Notes under the pieces: generated by a model
What the model saw: the letters and a program-made list of their open reading frames with translations, nothing else
What the model was told of the DNA's origin: nothing
The model's database searches: none
Shown here: positions 1 through 12,479 of the stretch, in pieces
Position numbering within the stretch: the stretch's first letter is position 1
Layout of the letters: every line of letters begins with the position of its first letter
DNA from: Actinokineospora sp.
GTDB lineage: Bacteria > Actinomycetota > Actinomycetes > Mycobacteriales > Pseudonocardiaceae
Direction: 5' to 3'
Assembly: GCA_035540215.1 (NCBI GenBank)
Contig: DATLIA010000372.1
Location: forward strand, 3,582-67,581
Length of the DNA: 64,000 nt
Made by a program: the position numbers and the translations under genes

Positions 1-225
1 CTCGGTGATGTAGCCGGCGAAGAACTCACCGGCGTACTGCCAACCGGAGAACGCCCAGATCGCACCGCCGAAGGCGATCGCGCAGGCGACGTAGAAGGCG
101 ACCCACCGGCCTGCCTCGCCGACGGTGACCTCGTGCGGTTTGCGGTCGACGATGAACAGGTCGAGTGCGAACAGCACGACCAGGCCGCCGATGGTGGCGA
201 ACCAAGCCCAAGCGGGGACTACCAT
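1..225 (-). CDS. TerC/Alx family membrane protein (Mn export-type), 5' part only; runs off the window
   Basis: Not in the ORF track. Manual translation from ATG at 225 gives MVVPAWAWFATIGGLVVLFALDLFIVDRKPHEV...GEFFAGYITE, a typical actinobacterial TerC N-terminus. GGAGG SD upstream and a riboswitch in the leader. Confidence 0.88.
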   Translation of the reverse strand, partial: MVVPAWAWFATIGGLVVLFALDLFIVDRKPHEVTVGEAGRWVAFYVACAIAFGGAIWAFSGWQYAGEFFAGYITE

Positions 226-261
226 TGATCAAACCTCCGGTGTATACGGCGCATGCCGACA

Positions 262-373
262 ACCGGAGGTCTCTTCCGCCGACCCGCCGAAACGGCTGTT
301 GTCGACCACCGGCCCCGGGACCCCGGAGGGTCCGTGCTGACGAGACCGATGCGAAGGAATACTCCCCTCCGAC
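262..373 (-). ncRNA. yybP-ykoY (Mn2+-sensing) riboswitch
   Basis: Minus strand reads GGAGGGGAGTA...CGTCAGCAC...GAAGAGACCTCCGG, matching the family hallmarks (GGGGAGUA, CGUCA, GAGACC). It lies directly upstream of terC. The 3' arm ACCTCCGGT is complementary to ACCGGAGGT, which contains the SD. Confidence 0.85.
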
Positions 374-512
374 ACTTGCTGAGGGACGATTGTTCCCTGT
401 CCAGGTCAAACGCACCAGCTCGGGGCCTTGTTCCACTCATTGGTGAACGTCACAGTGCCCGCCCACCTGGCTCCTGGGAGCGTTCTCAGGTTTCCTCGAA
501 TACGGTTCTGAC

Positions 513-3358
<2,846 letters not shown>

Positions 3359-3362
<4 letters not shown>

Positions 3363-4333
3363 GCGACAACGGCCACAAAGAGGGTCCCGTCGTGGTGAGT
3401 GGTCGGGAGACGGTCAGCACCGTCCACACCGACCCTGGCGCGATCGACGACATGGCGGTGGCGGCCGGGCTGGAGTCGACCTCGTTCGGTGCCGACGGCG
3501 CCGTCGAGGGCTTCACGTCCCGCCGCACGCTGCCGCTGCGGGTGGAGCTGGTCCGCCAGCTCCGCCGCAGGCGCACCCAGTTCCTGATCGGGTTCCTGGT
3601 GCTGCTGCCGTTCCTGCTGTGGGCGGCCTTCGAGTTCGGCACGTCGTCCAACGCCAACCGGTCCGGCGGCTTCGTCGACCTGGCCACCGCGTCGGCGCCG
3701 AACTTCGTCGTGTTCATCCTGTTCGCCACCGGCAGCTTCCTGCTGCCGATGATCGTCGCGCTGTTCTTCGGCGACACGGTGGCGTCCGAGGCGTCGTGGT
3801 CGAGCCTGAAGTACCTGATGGCGATGCCGGTCCCCCGGCACCGGCTGCTGCGGCAGAAGGCGATCTCGTCTGGGCTGCTCTCGCTGCTGTGCCTGGTCCT
3901 GCTGCCCGCGGTGTCGTTGCTCGTTGGCATCGTGTTCTACGGGACCGGCGAGGCGGTCAGCCCGACCGGCGACGCTGTGTCCTTTGAGGACTCGATGCTG
4001 GCGTTGCTGTTCTCCGTCATCTACATCGCGATCAACCTGCTGTGGGTGGCGGGCCTGGCCCTGTTCCTGTCGGTCACCACCGACGCCCCGCTCGGCGCGG
4101 TCGGCGGGGCGGTCCTGGTCTCGATCCTGTCGCAGATCCTGGACCAGATCACGGCGCTGGGGAACATCCGCGACTACCTGCCGACGCACTTCTCGTTCGC
4201 CTGGTCGGACCTGATCGCCACCGACATCGACTGGACGAACATGGCCAAGGGCGCGTTCTCGGCCGTGGCCTACGCGGGAGTGTTCTTCTTCCTGGCGTCG
4301 CGCCGATTCCGCACGAAGGACATGACGAGCTGA
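3359..4333 (+). CDS. ABC-2 type transporter permease
   Basis: ATGA-coupled to the upstream ATPase, about 6 TM helices, GDTVASEASWSSLKYL motif. Confidence 0.88.
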
Positions 4334-4336
4334 CGA

Positions 4337-7300
4337 TCATCGTTCGTTCTTCACAAGGACCGGTGTCTTGAACCCACACGGATGACAACGCCAGAACAGC
4401 AGCCTTCCCTTCTTCTTGTCCGCGGATCGCCATAGCTCAGAGGGTTCTCCGCACTTGGTACACGGCACCGGATCGGCGCAGTCCGCGGCCCGCAGTTCGT
4501 CGAGCAGCCGCTTGGCGAACGCGGCGCCGCGGCACGCGAGCATCACCTCGCGTGACCCACGTTGAGACAGCGGGTTGTGGCTGCCCAGGAGCACCAGTCC
4601 CTCATCGACGACAACCACCTTGCGATGTTCGACCCTGGCCCTGATGATCTTCGCCCCCGTGGCACGGAGCTCGGCGAGCCACCTCTGGCCCGACGGGTTC
4701 CGCATGATGAAGTCCTTGTCATCCCGAGTGAACACGGTGACATCGACGCCGCGGGCCACGGCGTCGCGGATCAGGGGAATGAACACCGCGCTCTTGGTCC
4801 CGACCCACGGCGACCACATCCACAGCGATCGGCGAACTTCGCCCAGGTGCGCGCGCAACGCCTCGTCGAAGGAGAACTCGTCGTGGATGTCGCTGACATC
4901 CACAAGCCCGCGCAGGACCTCGTTCAGCTCACCCTCGACGTCGGAGACGGGCTTGTACTCGGTCGTGTCGGCCATGCCAAGCAGCACGCCCGCCCGGCAC
5001 ACTTTGATCCGGCGGTCACCCACCAGCTTGTTGACCGCGCCAAGCGGCCTCGTGAGCTGCGCGCCTCTCACCGCGTCACGATGCGCGATGATGTAGAGCC
5101 GCCGCCGGGCCCGGGTGATCCCGACTCCGAACAGTCGCACACCGCTGCGCTGGAAGTCGCTGCCGTCCCAGCGCGCGTTCGCGATCCATCCGGCGCCGTC
5201 CTCGACCAGGTCGAAGACCACGGTGTCGAACTCGCGTCCCTGGAAAGAATGCGCCGTCCCCACCGGGGTCGTGAGGTTCTGACCCACGTCGCACAGGGTC
5301 GCGTGCACAGCCTCGGCCTGCTGCTTGAACGTCGTCACGACGCCGACCGTGCCGCCTTCGGCGGCGTGGTGTTCGACCAATGCCCTAGCCAGGAGCGCAC
5401 CCACCGGCCACCACCCGGCGTAGGTCGCTGAACGGTGGACCAGTGCGAGGTCGGGTAGGTCACCCACGTCGATCACGACGATCTCGGTGTCCGGCGGCGG
5501 CTTCCCGCTGACCGCGGTGATCCCGTCCTCAAGCACGCCGTAGACGACCTTGTTGGCGAGTTCACGCAGGTTCGAGCCGAATCGGAACTGCTGCAGCAAC
5601 GCTACGGCGCCTTGCGTGTCCTCAGCGTCCTGCGGGGCTCGGATGCCGCAGTGGGTGAACGGGTCGGGCGTCATCCACCGCTTGACCATGGGGTGCTTGG
5701 ACTTGTCGACCTCAGCCAGGACGGGACCGAGTTGGAGGAAGTCGCCTAGTAGGACGGCGGTCCGCGTCGCCCGGGACACGGCGAACAGCACCTCGCCCAA
5801 CATCGCCGCACCTGCCTCGTCGACCATGACCACGTCGAACCGCTCGCGGGCCAGCGCGGGGTGCGCCCGCGACCTGGCGAGTGTCGTCGCCACGACCTTG
5901 GCCCCCGCGATGATCTGGCCTTCCGCGTCCCTGCGGAGGTCGGTGATCCGCTTGCTCAGCCCACGCAGCCGCTCCTCCAGCGCCTGACGAGCTCGACGGT
6001 CGGCTCGCGCCGCCGTTCGCAGCCCGGCCAACTCCGCGGCCTTCGCCGGAAGCTCGCGTCGACGCGCCCGAGTGACCAGGTCGTTGTCGGCCTCGGTCGC
6101 AATGCCCTCGCTCACGCACCGCACCCGCTCCGACTCAAGCTCATCGATCGTCCGGCGCACGACGTCGACCTGATGTCGCGCGTAGTCCGACAGCGAACGG
6201 GTCCTGGCGACGGCGGCGTCGCGATCGGCGATGTCCTGGGCGGTGATCGGGTTGGCAGCGGCCAAGCAGGCGCGGACCATCGGCCCGTCCTCGGCGTGGC
6301 GGCGGACGACTTCGGCCTCAAGTTCCGCGAGCCGCCGTCGCGCCGCGTCCAGGGTCGCCGCCGCCCGACGTCGCGCCAGCCAGCCGCCGTGCTCGGCCGC
6401 CACGGACTTCGCGTGGACGGCCGAACGCTGGGCAGCCAGTTCACGATCCAGCGACGACAGCGCGGCCGTGATCCGGTCCGCCCGGTCCAGCTCGATCCGA
6501 TTCGGCTCGACCCGGGTGCGGTCCAGCTGGGCGGACTCGGCCGCCGTGATCGCTTCGGCGAGGTCGTGCGCCGCCGCCTTCAGCCGCTCCCGTTCGACCC
6601 GCAAGGCGAGGTCGGCCGCACCGAGCCTGCCTGCTCGATCGACCCTTTCGACGGCGACGCGGTATGACGGCTCGTCGAAGTCGCCGAGGATGTCCACCAG
6701 CTTGGCGATCCTGGTGTCAGAGGCTGCCAACATGGCCAGTTCGGTCTGCACCTGGGCGAGTTCCCGTTCGACGGCGGTCGTGGTCCGGGCCGCCAGTCGC
6801 TGTAGCTGTACGTCGTCGTCTGCCACGAGTTCTGGCAGGTGTGGCGGGCCGACCCGGATCACCTGCCCCACGACCGGCCGCAGGTTCTTGATCACCTCGA
6901 CAAGCGCGTTGTCGACCGCGACGTTCGCCGTGGACACCAACAGCACCCGTTTGCCGTCCCGGACCAGGTCCTCGATCGCCCTGGCCAGCACCCGGGTCTT
7001 GCCCGTCCCAGGCGGGCCCCACACCGCGTGCAGCCCTGGTTCGACACAGGCGCGATATGCCGATCGCTGACGGGGAAGGAATCCCGGTGGGTAGTCCCGG
7101 TCGGCAGAGTGCGACAACCGGTCCAGGCGGCCCGCGGCGAGCTTGTCCGCGAGGTCGGCCCGCTCGATGGCGGCGATGCCCTCTCGCAGTTTGCGGGTCA
7201 GGTGCTGCGGAGTGAGACGCACCGTCCACAACGTGTCACAGCCCGCGGGCACCGGACCATCGACCTTGACCTTCAGGACGTCATCGGCCACCTGAACCCG

Positions 7301-7534
7301 CTCGACCGGGACGTGGGCACCTCGATCCGGGCCCTCCCGGTCGGATATACAGACTTGTTCGAAGTTGTCTGCCGCGCCTGGGCCCTTCCTGCGTTTCGTG
7401 TCGACGGCGTACCAGCCGGACTCGGGCAACGCGCCGATCCGGCCCAGCGGGCGCCACTCGTTCCCTTGGCCACCTCTCGCGTTGTTGAGCAAGTCGTCGA
7501 GCGCCGCGAGTAGTTCCTGCCTCCAGACCACCAC
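4337..7534 (-). CDS. SF1 (Upf1/DNA2-like) helicase with coiled-coil insert, C-terminal PLD-nuclease domain and Zn ribbon
   Basis: GPPGTGKT, DEAG, GDFLQL, TAHSFQGRE, VGITRAR helicase motifs; HRKVVVVD...GSHN (HKD motif); CTKC...CHPC. Confidence 0.85.
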   Translation of the reverse strand: MVVWRQELLAALDDLLNNARGGQGNEWRPLGRIGALPESGWYAVDTKRRKGPGAADNFEQVCISDREGPDRGAHVPVERVQVADDVLKVKVDGPVPAGCDTLWTVRLTPQHLTRKLREGIAAIERADLADKLAAGRLDRLSHSADRDYPPGFLPRQRSAYRACVEPGLHAVWGPPGTGKTRVLARAIEDLVRDGKRVLLVSTANVAVDNALVEVIKNLRPVVGQVIRVGPPHLPELVADDDVQLQRLAARTTTAVERELAQVQTELAMLAASDTRIAKLVDILGDFDEPSYRVAVERVDRAGRLGAADLALRVERERLKAAAHDLAEAITAAESAQLDRTRVEPNRIELDRADRITAALSSLDRELAAQRSAVHAKSVAAEHGGWLARRRAAATLDAARRRLAELEAEVVRRHAEDGPMVRACLAAANPITAQDIADRDAAVARTRSLSDYARHQVDVVRRTIDELESERVRCVSEGIATEADNDLVTRARRRELPAKAAELAGLRTAARADRRARQALEERLRGLSKRITDLRRDAEGQIIAGAKVVATTLARSRAHPALARERFDVVMVDEAGAAMLGEVLFAVSRATRTAVLLGDFLQLGPVLAEVDKSKHPMVKRWMTPDPFTHCGIRAPQDAEDTQGAVALLQQFRFGSNLRELANKVVYGVLEDGITAVSGKPPPDTEIVVIDVGDLPDLALVHRSATYAGWWPVGALLARALVEHHAAEGGTVGVVTTFKQQAEAVHATLCDVGQNLTTPVGTAHSFQGREFDTVVFDLVEDGAGWIANARWDGSDFQRSGVRLFGVGITRARRRLYIIAHRDAVRGAQLTRPLGAVNKLVGDRRIKVCRAGVLLGMADTTEYKPVSDVEGELNEVLRGLVDVSDIHDEFSFDEALRAHLGEVRRSLWMWSPWVGTKSAVFIPLIRDAVARGVDVTVFTRDDKDFIMRNPSGQRWLAELRATGAKIIRARVEHRKVVVVDEGLVLLGSHNPLSQRGSREVMLACRGAAFAKRLLDELRAADCADPVPCTKCGEPSELWRSADKKKGRLLFWRCHPCGFKTPVLVKNER

Positions 7535-7657
7535 GCCCCGAGTAAACCAACAGCTATTGATCGAGCACAGAGAGTTGGCGCAAAAAGATCAACATTTCAC
7601 CTTGCCGTTCAGGGCGGGCGCCAACTCCGGCGAAGAGCGGTCTGGAAGGATTGCCCA

Positions 7658-8746
7658 GTGGCAGAGGTCGACTACTACGAGCTACTCGGCGTCCGTAGGG
7701 ACGCGTCGGTTGGGGAGATCAAGTCGGCGTATCGGGCGCTGGCGAAGGTCATGCACCCCGACGCGGGTGGCACGGCTGGAACGTTCCGGCTGTTGAAGTC
7801 CGCGTACGAGACGCTGGTCGACTCGCGCAAGCGGGCGGAGTACGACCTTGGCGAGCCCGCGCCCACCACGCCCGAGGTGCCCAGGCCGCGGGCGCGGCGG
7901 CGGATGTACCGCGACGAGCCCGTCTTCACCCCGCTCGGGTGCGATCTGCCGCCGTCGTCGTTGTCGTGGTGGCACTTGACCAAGCACCAGCCGCGCATCG
8001 GCTACGTGCGGACGCCAGGGCACGCGCCCGCGGCCGCCGCGCTGGTGGGGAGTGCGCTGCTGGTGATCCCGCTGCTGCTGCCGTCGCTGCCCACGCCCGT
8101 GCTGGCGACCTGGCTGGCGCTGCTGGTCGGCGCGCTGGCGGCGATTGTCGCGTTGGTGCGCTCCTATGTGACCGCGGCTCGCGGCCACAAGGCCGCGCTG
8201 GCGGAGTTCGGTGAGCGGACGGTGTTCGGTGAGGCCGACGACGAGCCGGTCGGTGAGCGGCTGACCGCGGAACTGCTGGTCAACTACCTCGCCCGGCTGC
8301 CCGGCGCGCGGGTATTCCACGGGCTGTCGCGGCCGGGGTCGGTGTTCGCCGACGTCGACCACGCCGTCCTCTGTGGACACCGACTGGTGCTGGTCGAGTC
8401 GAAGCTGTGGCTCCCCGGCCACTATGAGATCGACGAGGATGGCTCCATCTGGCGTAACGAGCACCCGTTCCGCGGTGGCGGCACCAACCTGTTCGCCGCC
8501 GTCGCCGCGTTCCAGGACCACCTGCCCGATGTGGACGTCCGCGGCGTGCTGCTGCTCTATCCCAACCGCCGCGGTCCGCTGACCGCCGACGACACCCCCG
8601 GTCTCGGTGTCAGCGCGATGGTGCCCGACCAGTTCGTCCGCGACATCGGCGACTGGCTGTCGGTCGACTGCGCGACGGTCGACCAGCGCGTGCTGCGGGC
8701 GGTGCGGGCCCGTGTCGTGCGCGAGCCCGACGCCGCGACCGCGTAG
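7658..8746 (+). CDS. DnaJ-domain / 2 TM / NERD-like nuclease-domain protein
   Basis: DYYELLGV...HPD J-domain, two hydrophobic helices, DVDHAVLCG..LVLVESK NERD/PD-(D/E)xK pattern. Confidence 0.8.
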   Translation: MAEVDYYELLGVRRDASVGEIKSAYRALAKVMHPDAGGTAGTFRLLKSAYETLVDSRKRAEYDLGEPAPTTPEVPRPRARRRMYRDEPVFTPLGCDLPPSSLSWWHLTKHQPRIGYVRTPGHAPAAAALVGSALLVIPLLLPSLPTPVLATWLALLVGALAAIVALVRSYVTAARGHKAALAEFGERTVFGEADDEPVGERLTAELLVNYLARLPGARVFHGLSRPGSVFADVDHAVLCGHRLVLVESKLWLPGHYEIDEDGSIWRNEHPFRGGGTNLFAAVAAFQDHLPDVDVRGVLLLYPNRRGPLTADDTPGLGVSAMVPDQFVRDIGDWLSVDCATVDQRVLRAVRARVVREPDAATA

Positions 8747-8747
8747 G

Positions 8748-9536
8748 TCAGGCCCGCAGGACCTCCGCGAGCGGCCCCAGTTCGGCCAACACCCCGGCCT
8801 GCTCGGCCAGTTCGGCGAAGTGGGCGCGCTGTTCGGGCGAGTGCTCCTTCACCGCGGCGGCGAGCCGGGTCAGACCTGCCTTGTCCAGTCCCTTGAGGAC
8901 CGGCAGCAGCGCTTCGGCCAACTCGTCGGACGCCGACGCGAAGACCCGGGCGATCTCGGGGACCTTGGTGTCGGGAACCATCGCGAAGATCTCGGCGAAG
9001 CGGTCCTCGTTCTCGCTGAACGCCGCCGTCCGCAGGATCGCCTCGGCGTCGAGCGCCTGGACCGTGGCCCGCAGGGCACTGTCCGGCAGTTCCCCGATGA
9101 AGCGGCCCATCGTGACGTAGTCGCCGCGCCGGGTCAGTTCGCGGCCGACCGCGACGACCGGGCCGGACGGCAGCGCGGCGAGCACGCCCGCGGCGCGGCG
9201 GGGGTCGAGTTCGGCGGCGACGTCGGCCAGGAAGTCGACCGGGAGCCTGCCCGCGATGTCGACGGCGCGCTCTGGCTCCAGGACGCCCGCGACCCTGGCG
9301 CACAGCAGCGGGCCGAACGCCTTCTGCGCCACCCCGACCGTCACCGCCGTCGGCACGAGCTTGCTGGCCGCGGCGATCCGCTCGAAGACCGCGCGGTTCG
9401 CGTCGAACAAGACGTCGGTGGCCTTCTCACGCAGGACGCGCAGGTCGGAGACCGGCAGGTCGGCCAGGTACTCGAACCGCTCCGGCTTTTCGCCGAGCAG
9501 TCGGGCCAGCTTGACGATCTCGGCGGCGGCCGTCAT
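8748..9536 (-). CDS. Conserved hypothetical alpha-helical protein
   Basis: Good GC3 bias. Start reset to ATG 9536 (MTAAAEIVKL), which overlaps the upstream stop as ATGA. Confidence 0.7.
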   Translation of the reverse strand: MTAAAEIVKLARLLGEKPERFEYLADLPVSDLRVLREKATDVLFDANRAVFERIAAASKLVPTAVTVGVAQKAFGPLLCARVAGVLEPERAVDIAGRLPVDFLADVAAELDPRRAAGVLAALPSGPVVAVGRELTRRGDYVTMGRFIGELPDSALRATVQALDAEAILRTAAFSENEDRFAEIFAMVPDTKVPEIARVFASASDELAEALLPVLKGLDKAGLTRLAAAVKEHSPEQRAHFAELAEQAGVLAELGPLAEVLRA

Positions 9537-9775
9537 AGCCCGATCACCTTCCGCACCACCGGCCGGATGAGGCGCGGCACATGGCTCAGCGACGCCTCGG
9601 TGGCCTGGATCAGGTGCTCGGTCTGGCGCCTGCGGGCGGTGCGCATGGCCCCCGCGAGGTCCCACAGCGCGTCGGCGTCAAGGTCTTCGACGTTCGCGGG
9701 CAGGGTGCCGCGCAGTTGCTTGCGCAGTTCGGCGACCGCGTCGTCGCCAGGTTCATATGTCACTTGGACCTCCAT
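9533..9775 (-). CDS. Small hypothetical protein coupled to the downstream gene
   Basis: 80 aa, ATGA overlap with 8748..9536. Confidence 0.65.
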   Translation of the reverse strand: MEVQVTYEPGDDAVAELRKQLRGTLPANVEDLDADALWDLAGAMRTARRRQTEHLIQATEASLSHVPRLIRPVVRKVIGL

Positions 9776-10047
9776 TGGCGTACCAACGGTAGGTCATGGC
9801 GGTCGGTCACGGTGTGCGACGCTCCGAGGCGTTACCAACGGTTACATCTCGATGCGGGGTGCGTTTGTGTCACCTCCCCGCCGATATCACACAGAGTCGT
9901 CACAACCGCCTCCCGCCTGCGACGCGTCGGCGACGGACCGACGCGGCAGGTGTGCCGCTAGGGCCTTTGGTCCCTGTCTATTGAACGGGGACGCAAATAG
10001 CGTGCGTGAACTTCCGCATCACAGCCAGTGAACGTGAGACGCACCCG

Positions 10048-11292
10048 ATGCACGTATTCATCAGCTACGCCCGACGCGACCAAGCATCGATCTCGCAACT
10101 GCGCGCGGACTTCGAACGCCTAGGCCACTACGTCTGGTTCGACCGGGAAAGCCACGGCGGACAGGACTGGTGGGACGACGTGCTCGCCCATGTGCGCGGC
10201 TGCGTCGTCTTCGTCTTCGCCATCTCCCCCGACTCGGTCCGCTCCAAGGCGTGCCTGGCCGAACTGCGCTACGCCGAGGCGCTCAAGCGCCCCGTGCTGC
10301 CCGTCGTCGTCCGCCGCGTCCCGAAGGCCGACATCCCGGCCGGACTCACCGCGGGGCTCGTCGACTACTCCGACCGGTCCGCCGAGACAGCCATCGCGCT
10401 TCTCAAGGCGTTCAACGCGCTGCCGATGGCCAAGCCGCTGCCGCCGCGCCTGCCTCCCGAGCCGGAGATCCCCACCTCCTACCTCAACGCCTACCTCGAC
10501 CGGATCGACGCCGAGGAGATCGCCGACGCCGACCAGGACGAGCTGCTCGGCGCGCTGAAGGTCCGACTGAGCGACGAGCAGGAACGGGCCGACGTCTGGG
10601 ACCTGCTCGTCCGGCTGCGCGGCAGGCCAGGGCTCACCAGGAAGGTCGCCGACGACATCGAGCAGGTGCTCGCCCCCGGCTGGCAGCCCGACCCGCACGA
10701 GCGGTTCGAGGCCCGCTACTGGGACGGGCAGGTGTGGACGACGCTGGTCGTGCAGAACGGGCAGGAGTTCAACGACCGCAGCAAGCCACCGCAGGTCAAC
10801 ACCCCGCGCCAGCGTGGGGAGAAGACCGACGAACTGGTCATGCCGTCAGCCCCGGTCCAGCGCAAACCCACCGCGGTGGCGGTCAAGGCCAAGCGGCGCG
10901 TACTGCCGTGGGTGGTGGCGGGCGCGGTCCTCGCCGCGGCCGGAGGGGTGACCGGTGGACTGCTAGTGTTCGGCAGCTCCTCGGCCGACCCCGAGGCCGC
11001 CAACCGGATCGCACGCAACTTCGTTGACGCCGTGAACACCCGCGACGACAACGCGATGCAGCGCTACGTCTGCGCTCGGGACCTCAAGGACAACAGCCAT
11101 CTCTATGGCGCGTTCTTCGACACCGCCAACGTCACGCTCGAAAGCGTCAACGTCGACGGACCCGATCCGCGATTCACCATCCTGGCCGCCCGCACCACAG
11201 GCAACTCGTCGGTAACATTGAGCATCCCGCTCGCCGACGAGAACGGCGAGTGGCGGGTGTGCGACATAAGTAAGGCGCTCTCTGGGCGCTGA
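10048..11292 (+). CDS. TIR domain - DUF2510 - TM - NTF2-like ectodomain protein (catalytic Glu present)
   Basis: VFISYARRD, WWDDVL, SPDSVRSKACLAELRYA; GWQPDP..RYWDG..WT; single TM; ectodomain with 2 Cys. Start set at ATG 10048. Confidence 0.85.
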   Translation: MHVFISYARRDQASISQLRADFERLGHYVWFDRESHGGQDWWDDVLAHVRGCVVFVFAISPDSVRSKACLAELRYAEALKRPVLPVVVRRVPKADIPAGLTAGLVDYSDRSAETAIALLKAFNALPMAKPLPPRLPPEPEIPTSYLNAYLDRIDAEEIADADQDELLGALKVRLSDEQERADVWDLLVRLRGRPGLTRKVADDIEQVLAPGWQPDPHERFEARYWDGQVWTTLVVQNGQEFNDRSKPPQVNTPRQRGEKTDELVMPSAPVQRKPTAVAVKAKRRVLPWVVAGAVLAAAGGVTGGLLVFGSSSADPEAANRIARNFVDAVNTRDDNAMQRYVCARDLKDNSHLYGAFFDTANVTLESVNVDGPDPRFTILAARTTGNSSVTLSIPLADENGEWRVCDISKALSGR

Positions 11293-11315
11293 CGGGCGCG
11301 GTGGGCGGAGTAGTC

Positions 11316-12479
11316 ATGCAGGTGTTCGTCAGCCACGCTGAGTCGGATCGGGACCTGGCGGTGAAGCTGCGTGCCGATCTGGCGGGCATGGGCAACCAGG
11401 TCGCGTTCGACCGTGGCGTTTCGACCGGTCCGACCTGGTGGGACGGCGTCCTGCGGCGGGTCCAGCGATGTGACGTGTTCGTCCTCATGCTGTCGCCCGA
11501 CTCGCTGCGCTCGCCCGGCAGCATGGCCGCGGTGCGCTACGCCCGCCAGCTGCGCAGGCCGGTCCTGATCGTCCGGGCGCACCCGATGATCATCCCCAAG
11601 GAACTCGTCGACGCCGAGGTGTTCGACCCGGCCGCCGCCGGGGTCGACCGGGCCCGCCTGCTGCGCGCGGCCCTGCTCGGCCTGCCGCCCGCGCCGCGCC
11701 TGCCCGACCCGCTGCCGCGCCCGCCGTTCGTGCCCTACCTCGACGGCTACTACGAGCTGCTGGAACAGCCCACGATCGAACGCGCCGAGCAGCACGCCCT
11801 CCTCGGCGAACTCCGGCACCGCCTGCGCGACGAGTCCGAACGCGCCGCGGTCTGGAGCCTGCTCGCCCAACTGCGCGGCCGGGCGGACGTGGCGCCCGGG
11901 GTGGCGGAGGAGTTGGAGAAGATGCTGGCCCCCGGGTGGCGGCCGGACCCGGAAGGCCGGGTCGAGCGGCGGTACTGGGACGGCCAGGCGTGGACGACGC
12001 TGGTCCGCCACGACGGCCGCGAGTTCAACGAGCGCCGGGTCCCGCCGCCGGACGCGAGCTGGCCGAGCCAGCGGATCCCGGTTGTGAGCACTGCTCCGGC
12101 AGCGGGTTCGCTGGTCACCCGGAGGCGGCTGCTCGCCGCCGCGGTCGGGGTGCTGATCGTGGCCGGTGTGGTGGTCGGAAGCGTGCTGTTCTTCCGTGCG
12201 GAGCCGGAGAACCCGATCCGCACGGCGCGGGTCTTCGTGGACGCGGTGAACGTCCAGGACACCAAGGCGCTGGAGAGCGTCACGTGCGCGGCGGACAAGG
12301 CGCGGACGGACCAGGTGTTCCTCGCGGGCGGCTTCCGCCTGACCCTGGAGAGCGTGGACAGCGAGTCCGACCCGCCGACGTTCACGGTCCTCGCCACCGA
12401 CACGAGCACCGGCGGGGTCGACCGGCGGACGTTCCCGCTGATCCTGGAGAGCGGCGAGTGGCGGGTCTGCTCGCTGTAG
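11316..12479 (+). CDS. Paralogous TIR - DUF2510 - TM - NTF2-like protein (Glu replaced by Ala)
   Basis: VFVSHAESD, SPDSLRSPGSMAAVRYA; GWRPDP..RYWDGQAWT; TM; ends WRVC. GGAG SD before ATG 11316. Confidence 0.85.
   Translation: MQVFVSHAESDRDLAVKLRADLAGMGNQVAFDRGVSTGPTWWDGVLRRVQRCDVFVLMLSPDSLRSPGSMAAVRYARQLRRPVLIVRAHPMIIPKELVDAEVFDPAAAGVDRARLLRAALLGLPPAPRLPDPLPRPPFVPYLDGYYELLEQPTIERAEQHALLGELRHRLRDESERAAVWSLLAQLRGRADVAPGVAEELEKMLAPGWRPDPEGRVERRYWDGQAWTTLVRHDGREFNERRVPPPDASWPSQRIPVVSTAPAAGSLVTRRRLLAAAVGVLIVAGVVVGSVLFFRAEPENPIRTARVFVDAVNVQDTKALESVTCAADKARTDQVFLAGGFRLTLESVDSESDPPTFTVLATDTSTGGVDRRTFPLILESGEWRVCSL

Noticed and set aside
10048-12479. Calling the TIR pair a Thoeris, CBASS or Pycsar system
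   Set aside because: No ThsA (SIR2/Macro/SLOG), cyclase or other effector nearby, and the membrane-receptor architecture differs.
11316-12479. Second TIR gene as a pseudogene
   Set aside because: Full-length frame, SD present, all other domains intact, good codon bias.
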